From: Vicugna vicugna
Lineage: Eukaryota
Direction: 5' to 3'
NCBI GenBank assembly: GCA_013265495.1
Contig: MU061579.1
Coordinates: 2,415,319 to 2,479,318, forward strand
Length of the DNA stretch: 64,000 nucleotides
In this document: in pieces, positions 1 through 13,440 of the stretch
How the letters are laid out: each line of letters opens with the position of its first letter
Numbering within the stretch: the stretch's first letter is position 1
The notes under the pieces: generated by a model
What the model was told of the DNA's origin: nothing
Databases searched by the model: none
The model's input: the letters and a program-made list of their open reading frames with translations, nothing else
Translations under genes and position numbers: made by a program

Positions 1-2462
1 CGCTGTGTATAAAATAGCAAGAAATGGCTTGAACCATAATTATATTTTTACATTTTTCAACTCCCAGTATTGAAATATTAAAGTTAAATTTAGAATAGTG
101 ACATATTTAGATTTATTTTCTGACTTGGGGATCTCTTTAAAGCAATTCACAAAAACTTCTTATAAATTTTTTCATTTTTCCCCCATAATTCTACCTAATG
201 ATGTTCTCTGAATAGTAATTTTAGCTAATGGAGAAGTAACATGATATTCGGCGAACTGTCAGCTATCAGTCTTACAATAAGGAAAAATACCAAAAAAAGC
301 CTATCCCCGTTAATAAGCCCAGCGTTTTAGCGCTCAGACATTTCTGCTGAGCAAAGTGAGCTAATTTTCTTTTGCAAGCCCCAGATAACTTAGTAAGATT
401 TTAGAGCTCCTTGTCAAATGTAATTTGACCTAATAATTACCCTTAAAGATGTGATTAAGAAACACCTGACTCAGAAGTTGCGTACATATGCAAACCACGA
501 GCCATCACCCCTTCCTCTCCTTTGATTTTGGTGGCTAACAGCCAAGTCAGCAGGCTGGGAAGTGGCCTTCAGGAGTAACCTGCCAGTTTATAGTTTATTC
601 AGGTCATTGCACTTATGCCAAATGTGCGTAACGAGGAGAGTCCTTGGTGTGTGCAGGCATTAGATGTATGCATTGTTCTGAAAGACTTTATGGGGAAAAA
701 AGGAATTCCTGTCATCTGTCTTTAATATAAATGCTAACAAATACTAAAACTGAAAGTCAAGCAATAAGAATATTTGCAGTTACACTAAAGTAAACGTGTA
801 CTCCAAGGATGCCAAAAAAAGATATTTTCCCTCTAGACCTGGACACCTGCTTTTGTATAGAAGATTGTTCTTTAATCTTTAAGGTTTACAAATTGATGAG
901 AAAGATACTATTTTCATATTCCTTCTTTACGATTTTCTGTTCTGAATTCACCGATTAATTCTTAAATAAGATTTAATCCCATGTCTCCTTTCAGAATATC
1001 TCTCGAAAGTGTTACCTAGATATATGTTTTTGTTTCTGCTTTCCCAAAGCTTATGATGTATCAAAATGTTTAAGAACACAAAACTTGTTCAGTTAAAAAA
1101 TCTTTATGCAATACACCTCACAAGTAACATGATTAGAGTTTATCTCTTAATATAATGAATATTTTCAGTGAGATTCTGATCAGTAATTTTCAACTTTCAT
1201 TTCTAGCTTAGTTCATTTTTTTTAAACTGCTATTTTCTGGAAAAAAATTCTAGACAGGCTATTATTATAGCCAGTCACCAAACCTAAAGGCAACTTCCTG
1301 AGGTTGCTGGTGTTTTTCTTATTGCTTACCCAAAAAGGATTTTAAAAAATCTTCATATATATATATGCTTATGAATTTCACTTCTTTGTGGATTTCTATA
1401 AAAAAATTAAAAATAATTCAGGAAAATATTTTTAAATTTGGAAAGAAATTTGAATTTCTTTTTATAAGATTAAGAATATGAAAATAGATGATTGTAAAAA
1501 AAAAGTTAATTATTTCTATTATCCTATTCAACATGTGGGTTTTTCAAAATGTATTAATCAGTAATTCATTCATGTTCTGTATTTTGAACATTTGAGCATT
1601 TTGATACAACTTTATATCCTCGTTTAACTCCCAAGTATTCTCACCATTATTGCCAGGAAGGTTTACTCAACCAAAATATAATGTATAGTTTTCCATAATT
1701 TATAATTTTCATTCCACTTACAGATTTATGAATAAAGTTTCCGCTCAACTCAAGAGGAATTTCACAACTTAGAAGCGCAGAGAGTGAGATTCTGGATGTA
1801 TATAATTAAAGAGTGGAGCTAAAATGCTTGCATGATTAAAGGAAATGAAAAATTAGAAGTATTTATAATGGCTGAATTGTGAAATTATAATCAGGCTCAG
1901 TGTGAAGTACTATGATTTCCATTCCGGTGGTCGTTTCAGTAATCTCTTGCCTGATGGAGTTACTATTCTTTCCCTGTGCACGTGTTCACATTTTCTGCAT
2001 ATTTTACATTATGAGAAGCTGCCTAATTCCATGTTCCGAGAAGTGTTTGGTACAACGTTGATGTGGAATAAGGTTTCTCTTTCAATAAGCAAAGTAATGT
2101 ACAAATATTTTCCAGAGATACATACTCCAAAATATACATATTTCTCTATCTCTAAGCAATGAGATTATCCTTTTCCAAATAAATACAAAAAGGCAAATGT
2201 CAAAGCTTTATCTTTCTTAGATATAAGTATGATATAATAAATGAAATTCAAAGGATGTTGTAAGGATAGACATTGGAAAAGGAAAAAAATGAATTAGAAA
2301 AAGCTACAAACATAAGGTATGTTTTGGATCAGGTTCTAATCTCTCAGCAATGGTAACATTTCTATGCTCCAGAGAGATTTGATCATGTTTCTCTGAAGCT
2401 ATTTGTTGTGTTTAAAATAATAGACCATCATTATTGAAAGGGCCTTTACAAATCATCTAGTC

Positions 2463-2640
2463 CAATGGTTCTTAACTAACTTGAGTTTTGAGACACTTGG
2501 TGAATATGATGAGGGTTCAAGACCCTCTCACTGGATAATTACACACTTGCCCAGAATCACAGTTTTGCACAAAATTCTGTGCAATTTCCAGAAATTCTCA
2601 TTAATCCAGACAACCCACAGATACAATTTAAAAGCCTCTG
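2463..2640. mobile_element. hAT-Charlie DNA transposon relic, MER103-like
   Basis: caatggttcttaac...gaccctctc...cacaaaattctgtgcaatttcc resembles the MER103 consensus as I recall it; highly diverged. Confidence 0.45.
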
Positions 2641-2931
2641 ATTATTCAAAGTTCATCTTATAAATGTGTTGAGACCCAGAGAGAAAAAAAGATGCCTTAA
2701 CTCCAACTCCATTGACCTTTTCATACCTCTCCAAGTTGTCCAGCCATCTGCACTGGTAATGTTCCAAACAGACTCCCGCCCGATATTCATTTTTTTTCTA
2801 TTTCTATGACCGGAAGGAAACAGAAATGTGTGGAAGGGATTTCCACTTTCCATTAGAGACTAGTCCAGTTCTGCTACCTAATTTTGTCTTTATAGATGGA
2901 AAAAGTATTTTGTCCTTTCTCTGTTATGCAA

Positions 2932-2961
2932 GTGTGTATGTGTGTGTGTATGTGTGTGTGT
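2932..2961. repeat. Interrupted (TG)n microsatellite
   Basis: Read directly. Confidence 0.9.
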
Positions 2962-3974
2962 CCATCACAATTTCAAAGCTTAAATAGGTTATTCCCTCTT
3001 TCTGTTAAGTGTTTGCTTCTGCATCCATCTGCCAAAGAATAATGTGGACTGAGTTTGCTGTCCAGTGGCAAGCACTTGGATGCTGTGTTCTTATTTCCCA
3101 CAGATACTACCTGATTTTCAAATAGGCTGAGATGTTCTTTTGCTGTAAACAATAAGGAATTATTTTGAACCTCTTAAAGTTAGAGCTTTGTGATGACTAA
3201 GGCACAGCCAGAGGAATCACTTTTATCACATTCATTTAATCACAGTTTAAGGGGCTGTCAATGTCAGCACTGCGTGCTTCTCTCTTGTTCTGAGTAATTG
3301 TCAAAAGGTAGGTTCTGTTTTTGTGTCACTCTTCTTAAAAAAAGATGATCAGTGGAACTTGGTAGGGAGGAACTGACTGACAGACTTCTTGCCACTTCTT
3401 TCTGCTCCTTAAAAACATATATCTCTGAGAGCATCTCTTGAGGTGGTGAAGCACCAGGTAGAGCGGGGATTTTCCAGAGCAACATGGGAAACATATTTGT
3501 CTTCCACAGCTTCCTTTGGAGGCTATAGAAATGAAATTAAAAATACAGTACAATTTCCATCTATATACTAGTTGGAAGACAAATTGTTAAACCTGAAACT
3601 CAAATGTAAGTTTTCTTAAAAGCATCACTGCAGATACATCCATTACATTGTGATTCATCTTGGCTTCCTCCTGTAACCAGGTTCCTCCTATAACTGTGAT
3701 CTCAGAGGAGTGATACTTCTGAGACTTTGAAAGGCAACAATGTGAGCCAGAGAGTCCCTTCATTCCTTTATGGTTATTGGGAAGCATAAATGAGATAACA
3801 ATACATGAGAAATTCTATTATAAACAAAATACCACAAGATGATACAGAAGCTGTCTGTAAATCTTTAAATGTGTCATCTGAGTCTATCATCACCTAATGG
3901 CCAGAGTCTTTAGAGTTCTTCCCACTTCTATTCTTCCTTTCCAGTTTATGGTGGGCATTTTGTTGGAAGCTGTG

Positions 3975-4120
3975 AATTCAAGATATTTGTCACTGTCTTG
4001 GGGGACAGTCTGTAACTTCCATCTGCACAATTTCCACATCCTCAAAATAGTGACTGTAATACCTGCCTCTTTAAAATCCTAAGAAAAATTGAGTGAAATA
4101 ATGTATGTGAAAACCATTTG
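3975..4120 (+). mobile_element. MIR SINE fragment
   Basis: MIR core-like: aacttccatctgcacaatttccacatcctcaaaatagtg...aattgagtgaaataatgtatgtgaaaac. Confidence 0.6.
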
Positions 4121-5340
4121 CCAATTGCCGTTGCTAAAGAGAAAAAGGTGGTAGTTTCACCCTCCTGAAAATCTCGCAGTAAATAAAGTCATCAAAACTG
4201 ATTCAATCTGCAGAACCACATATCTGAACCTGCTTGGATATCTGTGACAATGTCTGGAACAGAAACATTCCAGGCCTCCCAATACAGAGCTGAACCAATC
4301 CATTTAGATTTTTCATTCAAAAGAGAGGGAGCTGGATGACCATCACTTCAGCAATTATTATATAATACAGGTTAAAGCCAGTCAATGAGAGGCTACAAAA
4401 TGGGCAGAGCACATCTTACAGGCTGAAGAATCTTCACAAGGGAGCGTGAGGAGAAACGTGTGTTTTCTTGGTAAGAAATGTGTTAGTTTATACTGTGGAA
4501 TCACAGATAGGTCATACTGAGATAAGGGAAAGCATTTCTGATAAACAGAAGCAAATCAGCAAGGCACATCCAGCAGCGGGACTGGGAGCAGTTTCACAGC
4601 ATCTGTCAGAGGCCAGTGGAACTGGGGAGAGCATTAGCGAAAATCCTGCCCTTGGTCCAGACACCACTGGTAGGGAACATAAAAACCACAACAAAAAAAA
4701 TACGGATGGTTCAGCAGAAGTCTGCTTCTCCAAAACATTGCCTGCAGCCAATGCATTTTCCTTTAAATCCCTAAAACATTGAAGTAAAGTTTTATGATCA
4801 ATATTACCAAAACACATTATGCCTTAGGGACAAGTTCTTCAGCATCCAATGTCAATTTGCCATATAATTCTTTTGTTATTTGAAAAGAAAAGATCCTTGG
4901 GCTTAAATATTGAGAGCCAAACTAATGGTCCAAAAGGCGTAGCTATAGGTGAAAAATCAAATCCAGTAGTAGTTGGGTGTATGTTTTCAGAAACAAAAGA
5001 GACCTTGACCTGTACAAAAGCCAAAGATATAATAGAGAACTGAATTATGGATATACTAGGCAGGCATTTTTATGGTTGAAACCTTAGCTTTAAATATCGC
5101 CTGGTGCCATTTTCTTTCCTTTTATTTTAGGCTATTAATTGTGGTTATAAGGATTGGTCCCCGGGTGGATTTTGTACCTAGCTTAAATTCATTTCTTTGG
5201 TCTAGTGAGTCCCACTCGGTCACCCCCACCCTTACTTTGGAGTATTGAATACAAGGATGATTAAGGAGAGGGAACCAAGGCAATGGAGGTAGTTCACTGG
5301 GGGCACCTGCAGGGGATTTATAACTTTTCTCTTCCTACAG

Positions 5341-5396
5341 AGAATCAACTAACTGACCCCAGAACGATTCTCCGCAGCCCGTTCAAGGAACCCTAG
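5341..5396 (+). other. Candidate alternative exon (coding portion) of PCDH7
   Basis: tataacttttctcttcctacag|AG AAT CAA CTA ACT GAC CCC AGA ACG ATT CTC CGC AGC CCG TTC AAG GAA CCC TAG. The phase-1 reading is (E)NQLTDPRTILRSPFKEP*. Confidence 0.3.
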
Positions 5397-6057
5397 TTTC
5401 TTATCAGACATCTCTACATGTTCTGCCTTCCAAAATAACTTCTATTGGTGTCTTTTGTCTGGGTCTCTGTTTTGTAATAGAGCATCGTAAGAAATCATTC
5501 ATTTCTTATTTTTCAAAAAGTGATTTCAGTATTTCTTTTTTAAGAAAAAAAAAGGTGAAAAAAGCCTAGTCCTGACAGAGAACCAAGTACTGGTCAGTTG
5601 AGGCTTGGAAGGGAAGCAGGTAACTGAGGTTTTCTACACAGGAAATAATATCCTTTTAAAAACAACAACAACAAAAAAAGAAAGAAAGATTTAAGAATTT
5701 TTCAGAATCCCTGTACACTGTTAGTTTAGGAAATTTTCTGTTGATTTGTAAACTAACTCTGTTTCTTCTGATTATTATAGAATGGTTATTTTATAATGGC
5801 TCGTTTATCAATATATTGTGGCCTTGTTAATGTTAAGAAGGACATTCCAAATCCTTACCTAATGAAGCCTGGCGTAGTCTTGCCATGATGCTCCCATCAT
5901 CAGATGCTGCATTTTCCTTGGTGCTAGTGACCCAGGGTAAATAGAAAATTGTTGTGTGGAAATAACCTGTCTAACATTTCAGGCCCTTAATAAGTGCTGA
6001 AATATTACATAACTTCACTAATAAGACAACATCGTAGTCTAAAATGCAGGCAAACCG

Positions 6058-6112
6058 TGTGTTTTTATTTACGTTACATAAAAATTGTGTTTTTATTTAC
6101 GTTACATAAAAT
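6058..6112. repeat. Tandem duplication of a 28-bp unit
   Basis: TGTGTTTTTATTTACGTTACATAAAAAT (6058-6085) followed by TGTGTTTTTATTTACGTTACATAAAAT (6086-6112). Confidence 0.95.
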
Positions 6113-7959
6113 TGTTCTCCTGTCATGAGAATTTTGGCATGTAGAATTATTTCTGGTCTTTAGAATGTATTTAGCTTAACTATTCAGGAAAATCTATTAT
6201 ATATATTTTTTTTTTCAAGATTTGAGTCACCTTTCCAATATAGGAAAAGATGCAATCAAGCTTACATTTAAATAGAAAGTTGGGTCACTGGATCTGGAGG
6301 GGAAAAAAGTTAAGAAGTAATTGAAGGATATAAAAAGGACCTACAGAAGAACCTCCTTTTCACCTTGTCCCAAAATGCAGGGTGAAAGTAGATACTCTCA
6401 ATTAAATTAAAGAGTAGCAAATTTAGAATTTCTTTTTGTAGCAAGTAATCAACCTGTGGGATTTAAAGCCTCGGCTGGTTGAGTTAAATCTATGTCTAGA
6501 GTTTAAAAACAAATAGATAATTTCATGGCTGTAGAAGTTTAGGTGATGGTTTAGGAATAAGCAAATCTCATGCTTTCAGGCTTATAGGGATATATAGACA
6601 AAAGAAACCTCTTCCCAGAGTAAAACACAACTGGGGACATGTTGTTTACTTCAAACCTTAGACATTTGTCAATGTGAGAAAAGAGCAATCCAGGTAGACA
6701 GATTCTATGATCCTTGCTCTCTGTTGAGTCATAAAATTTATGACTGGGTTTATTGTGTCCTGGGAGAGATAAACAAGCAAAAAAGAAAAAATTCATAAGT
6801 ATACTTTCTCTAAAAGTCCATACTTGATCACTTTGAGAATAATAAAAAAATACATTCCTTCAATTTTTTGTTTTGTGGCAATAGGTTTTCCTGTTAATGG
6901 GTGTGTATATGTGTGTTTTTCCATTAGGTGTTGTGTGTGTGTGTGTGTTTGTACAGTGACAGAGAGACAGAGGAATTTTTACCACTGTTATGTAACTTTT
7001 GTTTTAGGCGAAGTAAGCTTTCCCCAAGTTGTCTCATCTAGACATCCACTAAACTATGACAAATATATGTCATGTGCATGGGCCTGCCATTTATTTTAGT
7101 CTATGACATAGAGATGTATTTTTATCTTAAGAAAATAAACATAAAAGCTTGTTTTCTCAAGTAACACATACGCACTAGCTGTATAGATGGGGCTATTTTT
7201 TCCTCCAAAAATATGTAATTAGTCTTTTTTCTGTAATTTCCCTAGTGAGGCTTAATGACTTTATAGTCAAGTTGTTGTCTAGCTGATAAATCCAACAAGT
7301 GTTATGAAATATAATGGAAAAAAGCGCTGGTCTAGTTCAAAGGCAGGCTAGGCTCCATATACCTTTATAAGTATGTTTTTTCCCCTCTTTACATGTTAAC
7401 TGTGATAAGTACCTTCTCTTGTCTTAATTATGAAAAAGGGACTTATTTTAAACTATGGCAAAGTTATCAATGATCCAACATGCTGATGGTATAGGGTGTC
7501 ATTATTTTATCCTTATTAAGGAAATTTACATTTCTCAATAAGACGATTCTTAACCTAAATAAATGATTTTCTAGGAAAGGTCTTTCAGGCCATGATTATC
7601 CTAATGGAGTATATTTCAGGGTATCACTGTAATCCCAAATTCTTCATGTACTTCTATTTTGGCAACCCTAGGCTTGTTTCTTCATCCAGGGAGAAGAAAA
7701 ATGGATTCAAGATCTTGGATTTATGCCCCACAGCTGCCAAGTCCCCTGCAAAGTGACGTCATTGCCCACATAGCCAGGCCAGGGACACCAGTTAGCGTTC
7801 CCGTTCCGTATTTAAACTCTATTATCATCTCTGAAGGTATCTTTGTTTCTAGTTCTTATAACTGACCACTGGAAAAACTCAGGCTTGATCACAGGCTATT
7901 TCTGTGAAGTGTATTTCTAGCACAAATTGAATCTGTGTTTAGAAAACACCACATAATAA

Positions 7960-8165
7960 TCATATATTGAGCACCTAGTGTTTACTGGTTTATATACGGT
8001 ATTTCTAATCTTCCTAATAACCCTGCAATGTAAATTTTATTACACTCAGTTTGCAAGGAGTAGAAGAGACCGACCGATTGCTGCAGAGTCCCAAAGCTAA
8101 CCATGGCTGGAAGCAGTGAGAAGAACAGTGTTGTGGTTATGCCATGGAGTCTGATACTAGCCACG
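7960..8165 (-). mobile_element. MIR SINE fragment
   Basis: attgagcacct...taatcttcctaataaccctgcaatgtaa...cagtttgcaag matches reverse-strand MIR. Confidence 0.55.
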
Positions 8166-8362
8166 TGGGATCACTTCAGTTTGGTCACTTTAACATTATG
8201 ACCATTGCAACTATGTAACTGATAGACACTAAACACGTAATATAAAGATCAGTTATCTTCCTTGCTTTAGTTATCATGAAAGTTAACCTTATTTCTCATA
8301 GTCCCTTCTATCTCTAAAATAGATGAGCTAGATACACACTTGGCCAGCATTTTAATGCAGGG

Positions 8363-8715
8363 GGTACTTGTTTGCTGGGGCTGCTGTAACAAAATAGCTG
8401 GGGGGTTTAATAACAGAATTTTTTCCTCATAGTTCTGGAGGCTGGAAGTCCAGGATCAAGGGGTAGGAAGGTTTGGTTTTCCATGAGCCCTCTTTCTTTG
8501 GGTCGTGGATGTCCTCCTTCTGGCTGCAACCTTGCATAGCCCTTTCTCTGTGCATATGCACCCCTGGTCTTTCTGTCATCTTACGAGGATACCAGCCCTA
8601 TTGACTCATCTAACTTTAATTACCTCTTTAAAGACTCCTTCCCCAAATACAGCCATACTGGGGTGTTAGGGCTACAGAATATGTATTTGGGGATAACACA
8701 ATTCAGTCCATAACA
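8363..8715 (-). mobile_element. MaLR solo LTR, MLT1B/MLT1A-like
   Basis: Diagnostic ggctgctgtaacaaaata...tcatagttctggaggctggaagtccaggatcaagg...acacaattcagtccataaca. Flanks CAGGG/GAGGG are a plausible decayed 5-bp TSD. Confidence 0.88.
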
Positions 8716-9189
8716 GAGGGAGAGAAAATTATTTCATTTGCCATTGAAACAGTCTAGGAAACACTGTGTACTCCACTACAGGGCAAAGGTGGGTCACCAT
8801 TACCCTGTATTGTGGGTCTGAGTATGGTTTAATCTCATGTCTGGGTAAAGTGGATTTCATTTATCCAAGCAACATATGTCTGCAGAGGGACTCTCCCTAA
8901 AGCTGTTGGTTCTACTTGGACAGGCAAACTGTAGCCTCAGAAAAATATCAGGGAAACCTGGACAGTCATACATTTATCATAGGTAGTGAATTTACAAATA
9001 GTATCTATTACACACGTTAATACCTAGATATACAGATATACTATAATATCTATTATACATGTTAGGGAAAGTGATTGGTAATGGATGAGAGGCTTGGCCT
9101 CAAGATTCATGCAAACCCATAATAGACATACAGGTATCTATGAAAACATATCATGTGCAAGTTCCTTGTTGCTTACTATGTCAGGAACT

Positions 9190-9372
9190 GTGAGACATTA
9201 TCTGTTTAATTCCTACTAAAAACTGAGGAGAACATCATTTAATATTATTTTCCCCATTTCATGTGTGGGGAAGTTGAGCCCCTAAGAAGCTTTGAAACTT
9301 CTTCAAGAGCAAAGAGCTGGAAAGTGTAGTAGGTATGTCTTTTAAATTCTCTAAATCCATGCTCTAAACCGT
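9190..9372 (-). mobile_element. MIR SINE fragment
   Basis: tttaattcctactaaaa...attattttccccatttcatgtgtggggaagttgag...aaatccatgctctaaacc. Confidence 0.6.
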
Positions 9373-9567
9373 ATTGACCGATAAACCAAAATATGAAGAG
9401 ATGACTTGACACATGTCTCCATTAGCATTTGTAGTAATGGCATGTGGTTCTGTATCTACAGGTGCCTGTTCCTTCTTGCAGGAAGGGGCGGTGATTGATA
9501 CTTCTTTACAGTAACAGTGTTTAACACTGTGCTTATGCTCTGGTAAGGCTTGGTAAACACTGGACTA

Positions 9568-9621
9568 AGGAGGAAGGAAGGAAGGGAGGGAGGAAGGGAG
9601 GAAGGATGGCAGGAAGGCAGG
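9568..9621. repeat. (GGAA)n-like purine tract
   Basis: Read directly. Confidence 0.85.
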
Positions 9622-10199
9622 CCTGAACATGTTGCTGAATATGGTTCTCCTTCTTGCTACACTGCCATGGATGTGCCGTAACACCACCGCAACCATCATA
9701 CACAAACATACAAATTCATACAAATTGCAGCTTAAAGCTCAATTAATTAAGAGCTCCGACTTCTTTAGTTCAGGAAAAGCCTTAAGGAGAAGATAAAAAT
9801 TGCAGCACAGGGTGAAAAGAGAAGTAGGTTCCGATCAGTAGATTAGACAAGAGCATTTCAGCTGATATGCAGGGGTGCTGAAAGGAGATCAATGGGGCTG
9901 AAACAGGTTTGGAGAAAAGTAATGGGAGGTGATCTAAGTCAGTGTCAAACAAAAGCGTAAACAGAAGGCGAAGTATTTCTGTAGGCAAAGAACTTCCCTA
10001 AGACCGAGTTGAGATAATCAGTCCCAGAGGAAATGCACTATCATATGATTCTTATTACTTGTGTGTAAAGCCTGTTCGCTGTTGGTTTCTAAAGTATAAC
10101 AACCGGGGAAATACAGATAGAAAACAGGTGGCAAGACACTTGTCCTTTTTTCACATGGTTAGCAATGGAAGCCGAAAGCAGAACTTTCGAGTTCCTCCA

Positions 10200-10340
10200 T
10201 ATGTTGGGGACCATCCAGTCCGATCTTCTCATTTTGAAGAAAACCGAGTTTCAGAGAAATTAACCAGGGTTAGTTCAAGTTTATGGAACAGGAACAGAAC
10301 TGGGTCCCCAAACTCCTGGCTCCCTCTACAGTGCTCGTTC
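10200..10340 (-). mobile_element. MIR/MIR3 SINE fragment
   Basis: accatccagtccgatcttctcattttgaagaaaaccgag...agaactgggtccccaaactcctggctccc...cagtgctc. Confidence 0.55.
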
Positions 10341-12834
10341 CTCCCCAGTCCAACTTTCTAGACAAGTTAGAAGTAGGAGTCAGGAAAGTAGAACCGTGGT
10401 CTGATATAAACTGTTTGCCTTTCCAGTTATAGAAAAATGCTCTTTTATCTAGAGAGTTCTGCACATGCATTTACTAATATCTTTGGCATGTGGAAAATTG
10501 GTTTCATGATCTCCAGAGAAAAATTGTTAATTTCTGCCTGGAGCATTCTCTCTGCTGATTCCTATCAGAATATTTGCAACTCTAAAATTAATTTCACCCT
10601 ATTTGCTGTGTTGGTTGTAATGAATCATATTCAGAATCACCAAAAACTTATACAAAAGACTGCACAGGAGAGAAAAAACAGCATTTGGTTTTCCCAAGCT
10701 GCTTCTCTGTTGATTATTACCAGGTAGCACTTTTTTCTCATTTCTTATTCTCATTTATATGAAAATCCAGATAGAAATGAAAGTAATGTATTAGCTGTTT
10801 TTGGAAAAAAATGTTAAGTCAATTATACTCTTGCAAGATTTATAAGAACTAAAGTGAGTTTAAATTTGAATTGTCAAAGGAAATGTTACATGCATTAGGC
10901 ACTCAGTAAAATCCATCATATGTATTTAATTATGTACTGGGTTTTGAACTGCTGTATCTAAAGTGATATTTTTATTTAAAGAAAGATTTTTTTAGAGAAC
11001 TTATTCTAGGTATCACTTTAAAGTATATCTGTTAAGTGTAATTCGGGTATTCACGCATTTTAGTTACAAGATTTAGGGAAGGTTGTATGTGTGTATGTGT
11101 GTGTATGACACAACTAGACATATTTTTTTCCTCTTTGTAATAAGCATACTTTGGAAAAAAGCAATTAACAATTGTCAAGTCTGTGACCATACAAGTGCCT
11201 TAAACCGTATATATTCAGGTTCCCGGAAAACCTACTGCTCTTTGTTATCCTTTAGATTTCTAACAATGTGTGTGTTGAGTTGCTGCATAGTGGGGTATTA
11301 TTTCTAAGTATGAAAAGTCTTATCTTAGCAGAGTAAGCATTGACCTTTAAATCTCCCCTTCAACTGAAATGTTAAAAAAAAGTAAGCATATTACATAAAT
11401 GCATGGAGCATACTTTTTATAAATGCAAGGCACCGGAAAGCATATTGAACGACTCAAAGATATATGAGATGGTCCCTGTGTGTGCATGCTGCATCTGTAC
11501 AGTTTCACAGTACAATATGGACGAACCAAGCATAATTCTATATTACAAATGAAAGGACATGGTAGGAATACTTTGCTGTAACGAACTCATCTCTTTATGC
11601 ATGAAAAACTTCGCATGGCTCTGACCCTAATGACTTAAATATTACCCCTGTGGAGCATTTCTCAAGCCCTATTAATGTTTTCCTATCTGCCAGTAACAGA
11701 GAATCACTTAAAATGAAATAAGATATTGAGAATTCCAGCAATAGGCATCATTCTTAGAGTTGTTACTTTAAATGAAAACTGGTGGGTAAGGTAGCCCCCA
11801 AATGTAGCCACTTTTGAAATGATCATTCTATCCTTTATTTTACTTTCCTCTTCCCCAAACAGCACCCGCAACCCAAAGTAATAATGTCACCTGGTATCAG
11901 TCTAAGCCAAGTCAAGTGAAAAATGCAGAAATGAAATGCTTTATTTTGCTAGCCTCTCTAGGGCTATTGAGATTAACAGAAAGAGGCAGCCTTCTTGGGA
12001 GCATCAGGGTTTATAATGTTGAAAATTTCTTCTGCAAATGGAACAATGAAGAAAAGCATTTGTACACAAAACAAAGGTGAAAAGGGCTTATGAAAGCAAT
12101 ACTACGATTACAGTCAAGGAGACGTGTAAGTGTATCTGTATTCATAATTTGAACACGTGATTTTCACTTCCTGTGCCTTCTTTGGATCTGATATATTAGG
12201 AGTAATAATAACAGTCTACTTTTTGAGATATAATTTAGAGTCATCATAAGATTTAGATTATTCACATTCAAAATACATACATTTTTCCATGATATGTTTC
12301 ATAGAACTAATAAAAATAAGATTTAGTTTATATAATGTATAATCATACCAAAGGGTTGTTAATGTTTGGGAACAAGTTTTTTTTGTTTGTTTGTTTGTTT
12401 ATTTAATTTGATGTTTACCTTAGTATTCTCATGTGGCAGGCAGAAAAAAAAATAATGTCCATTGACTTCTTGGTTGAATATTTAATATTAGCTATAATAA
12501 AGCTCTCTTTACCAAGTATATGGCTAATTGACAGATCAGTGTGATTAATCATTTGGTAGTTATATTGCTTGAGAGATATCAAGTTACCTTATACATCTGT
12601 TTTCTTCTATTTCCTTGCAATGTTTCTATAATTAAAAAGTCTAAATAATATTGAAGGTGATTTTATTTGTTTATTTAATTTGGGGATGTCTTTGTATCGT
12701 CCTTCTGACTCTGTATCAAATAACTACCAATAACATATTACTACTCATCCACTGAAAAAAAAAAGTTTGATTTAGTCTTCTTTGACTTTTTATTCTACTT
12801 TACTCGTTATATTTCAAATTACCATCTTTAAAAT

Positions 12835-13440
12835 TTCTCCCATCTCCCTCTGCCTCTCCAGCAGTGCTGCTGAAGTTGCCCGGATTGCTAATCTTATCTA
12901 TTTCAGCCCACTCTCTATGAAGTAAGGATGCGCCTCTTAAAATACATCTCATCATAACACATACCTATGTAGACACATTACTGATTTACTGCTTTGATCG
13001 AAGTGTTTGAGATAGAATCTGAATAGCAGTAAGAACCGTAAAGATCTTCTTTTCTAACCTTATCCCCTCCTGTAAGCTGGACTCTGCATTCTGGACCATT
13101 TAGGCACATGATAACATTTCATGCCTTCATGCATTGACTTGTGTTGCTCCCATCCTTGGCATGCTCTCCTCACTCCTACCCCATTCCTTAGTAGTTCAAA
13201 GCCAATCATTTCAAAAATCCAGATTAAATGTCAATGCCTCAGGCAAAATTTCTCCCCCAGATATGGCCTTCTACAGCACACTTTGTGCATTTATGGTTTC
13301 TCAATATTTGTGTTATCTCGTATGTGGTAAGCTCACCGTGCAAACACCAAATTCTGTTTGTTTTTCTACCACCACAGCACTTAGAACAGTGACTCGAGTG
13401 TCAAATCTGCTCGAAGAGTTTCTACAAAATGAATTATGTG
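12835..13440 (+). mobile_element. L2 LINE 3' fragment(s)
   Basis: Pyrimidine-rich L2-like text (agattaaatgtcaatgcctcaggcaaaatttctcc) ending cagcacttagaacagtg...aaatgaattatg. Confidence 0.55.

Noticed and set aside
5131..5204. 74-nt pseudo-exon (ttttattttag|GC TAT TAA ... cta|gtgagt)
   Set aside because: Immediate stop and a weak exonic donor context; cannot be told apart from background pseudo-exons.
7008..7012. Possible 5-nt microexon ttttag|GCGAA|gtaagc
   Set aside because: Short pyrimidine tract, frameshifting, no other support; expected by chance in 49 kb.
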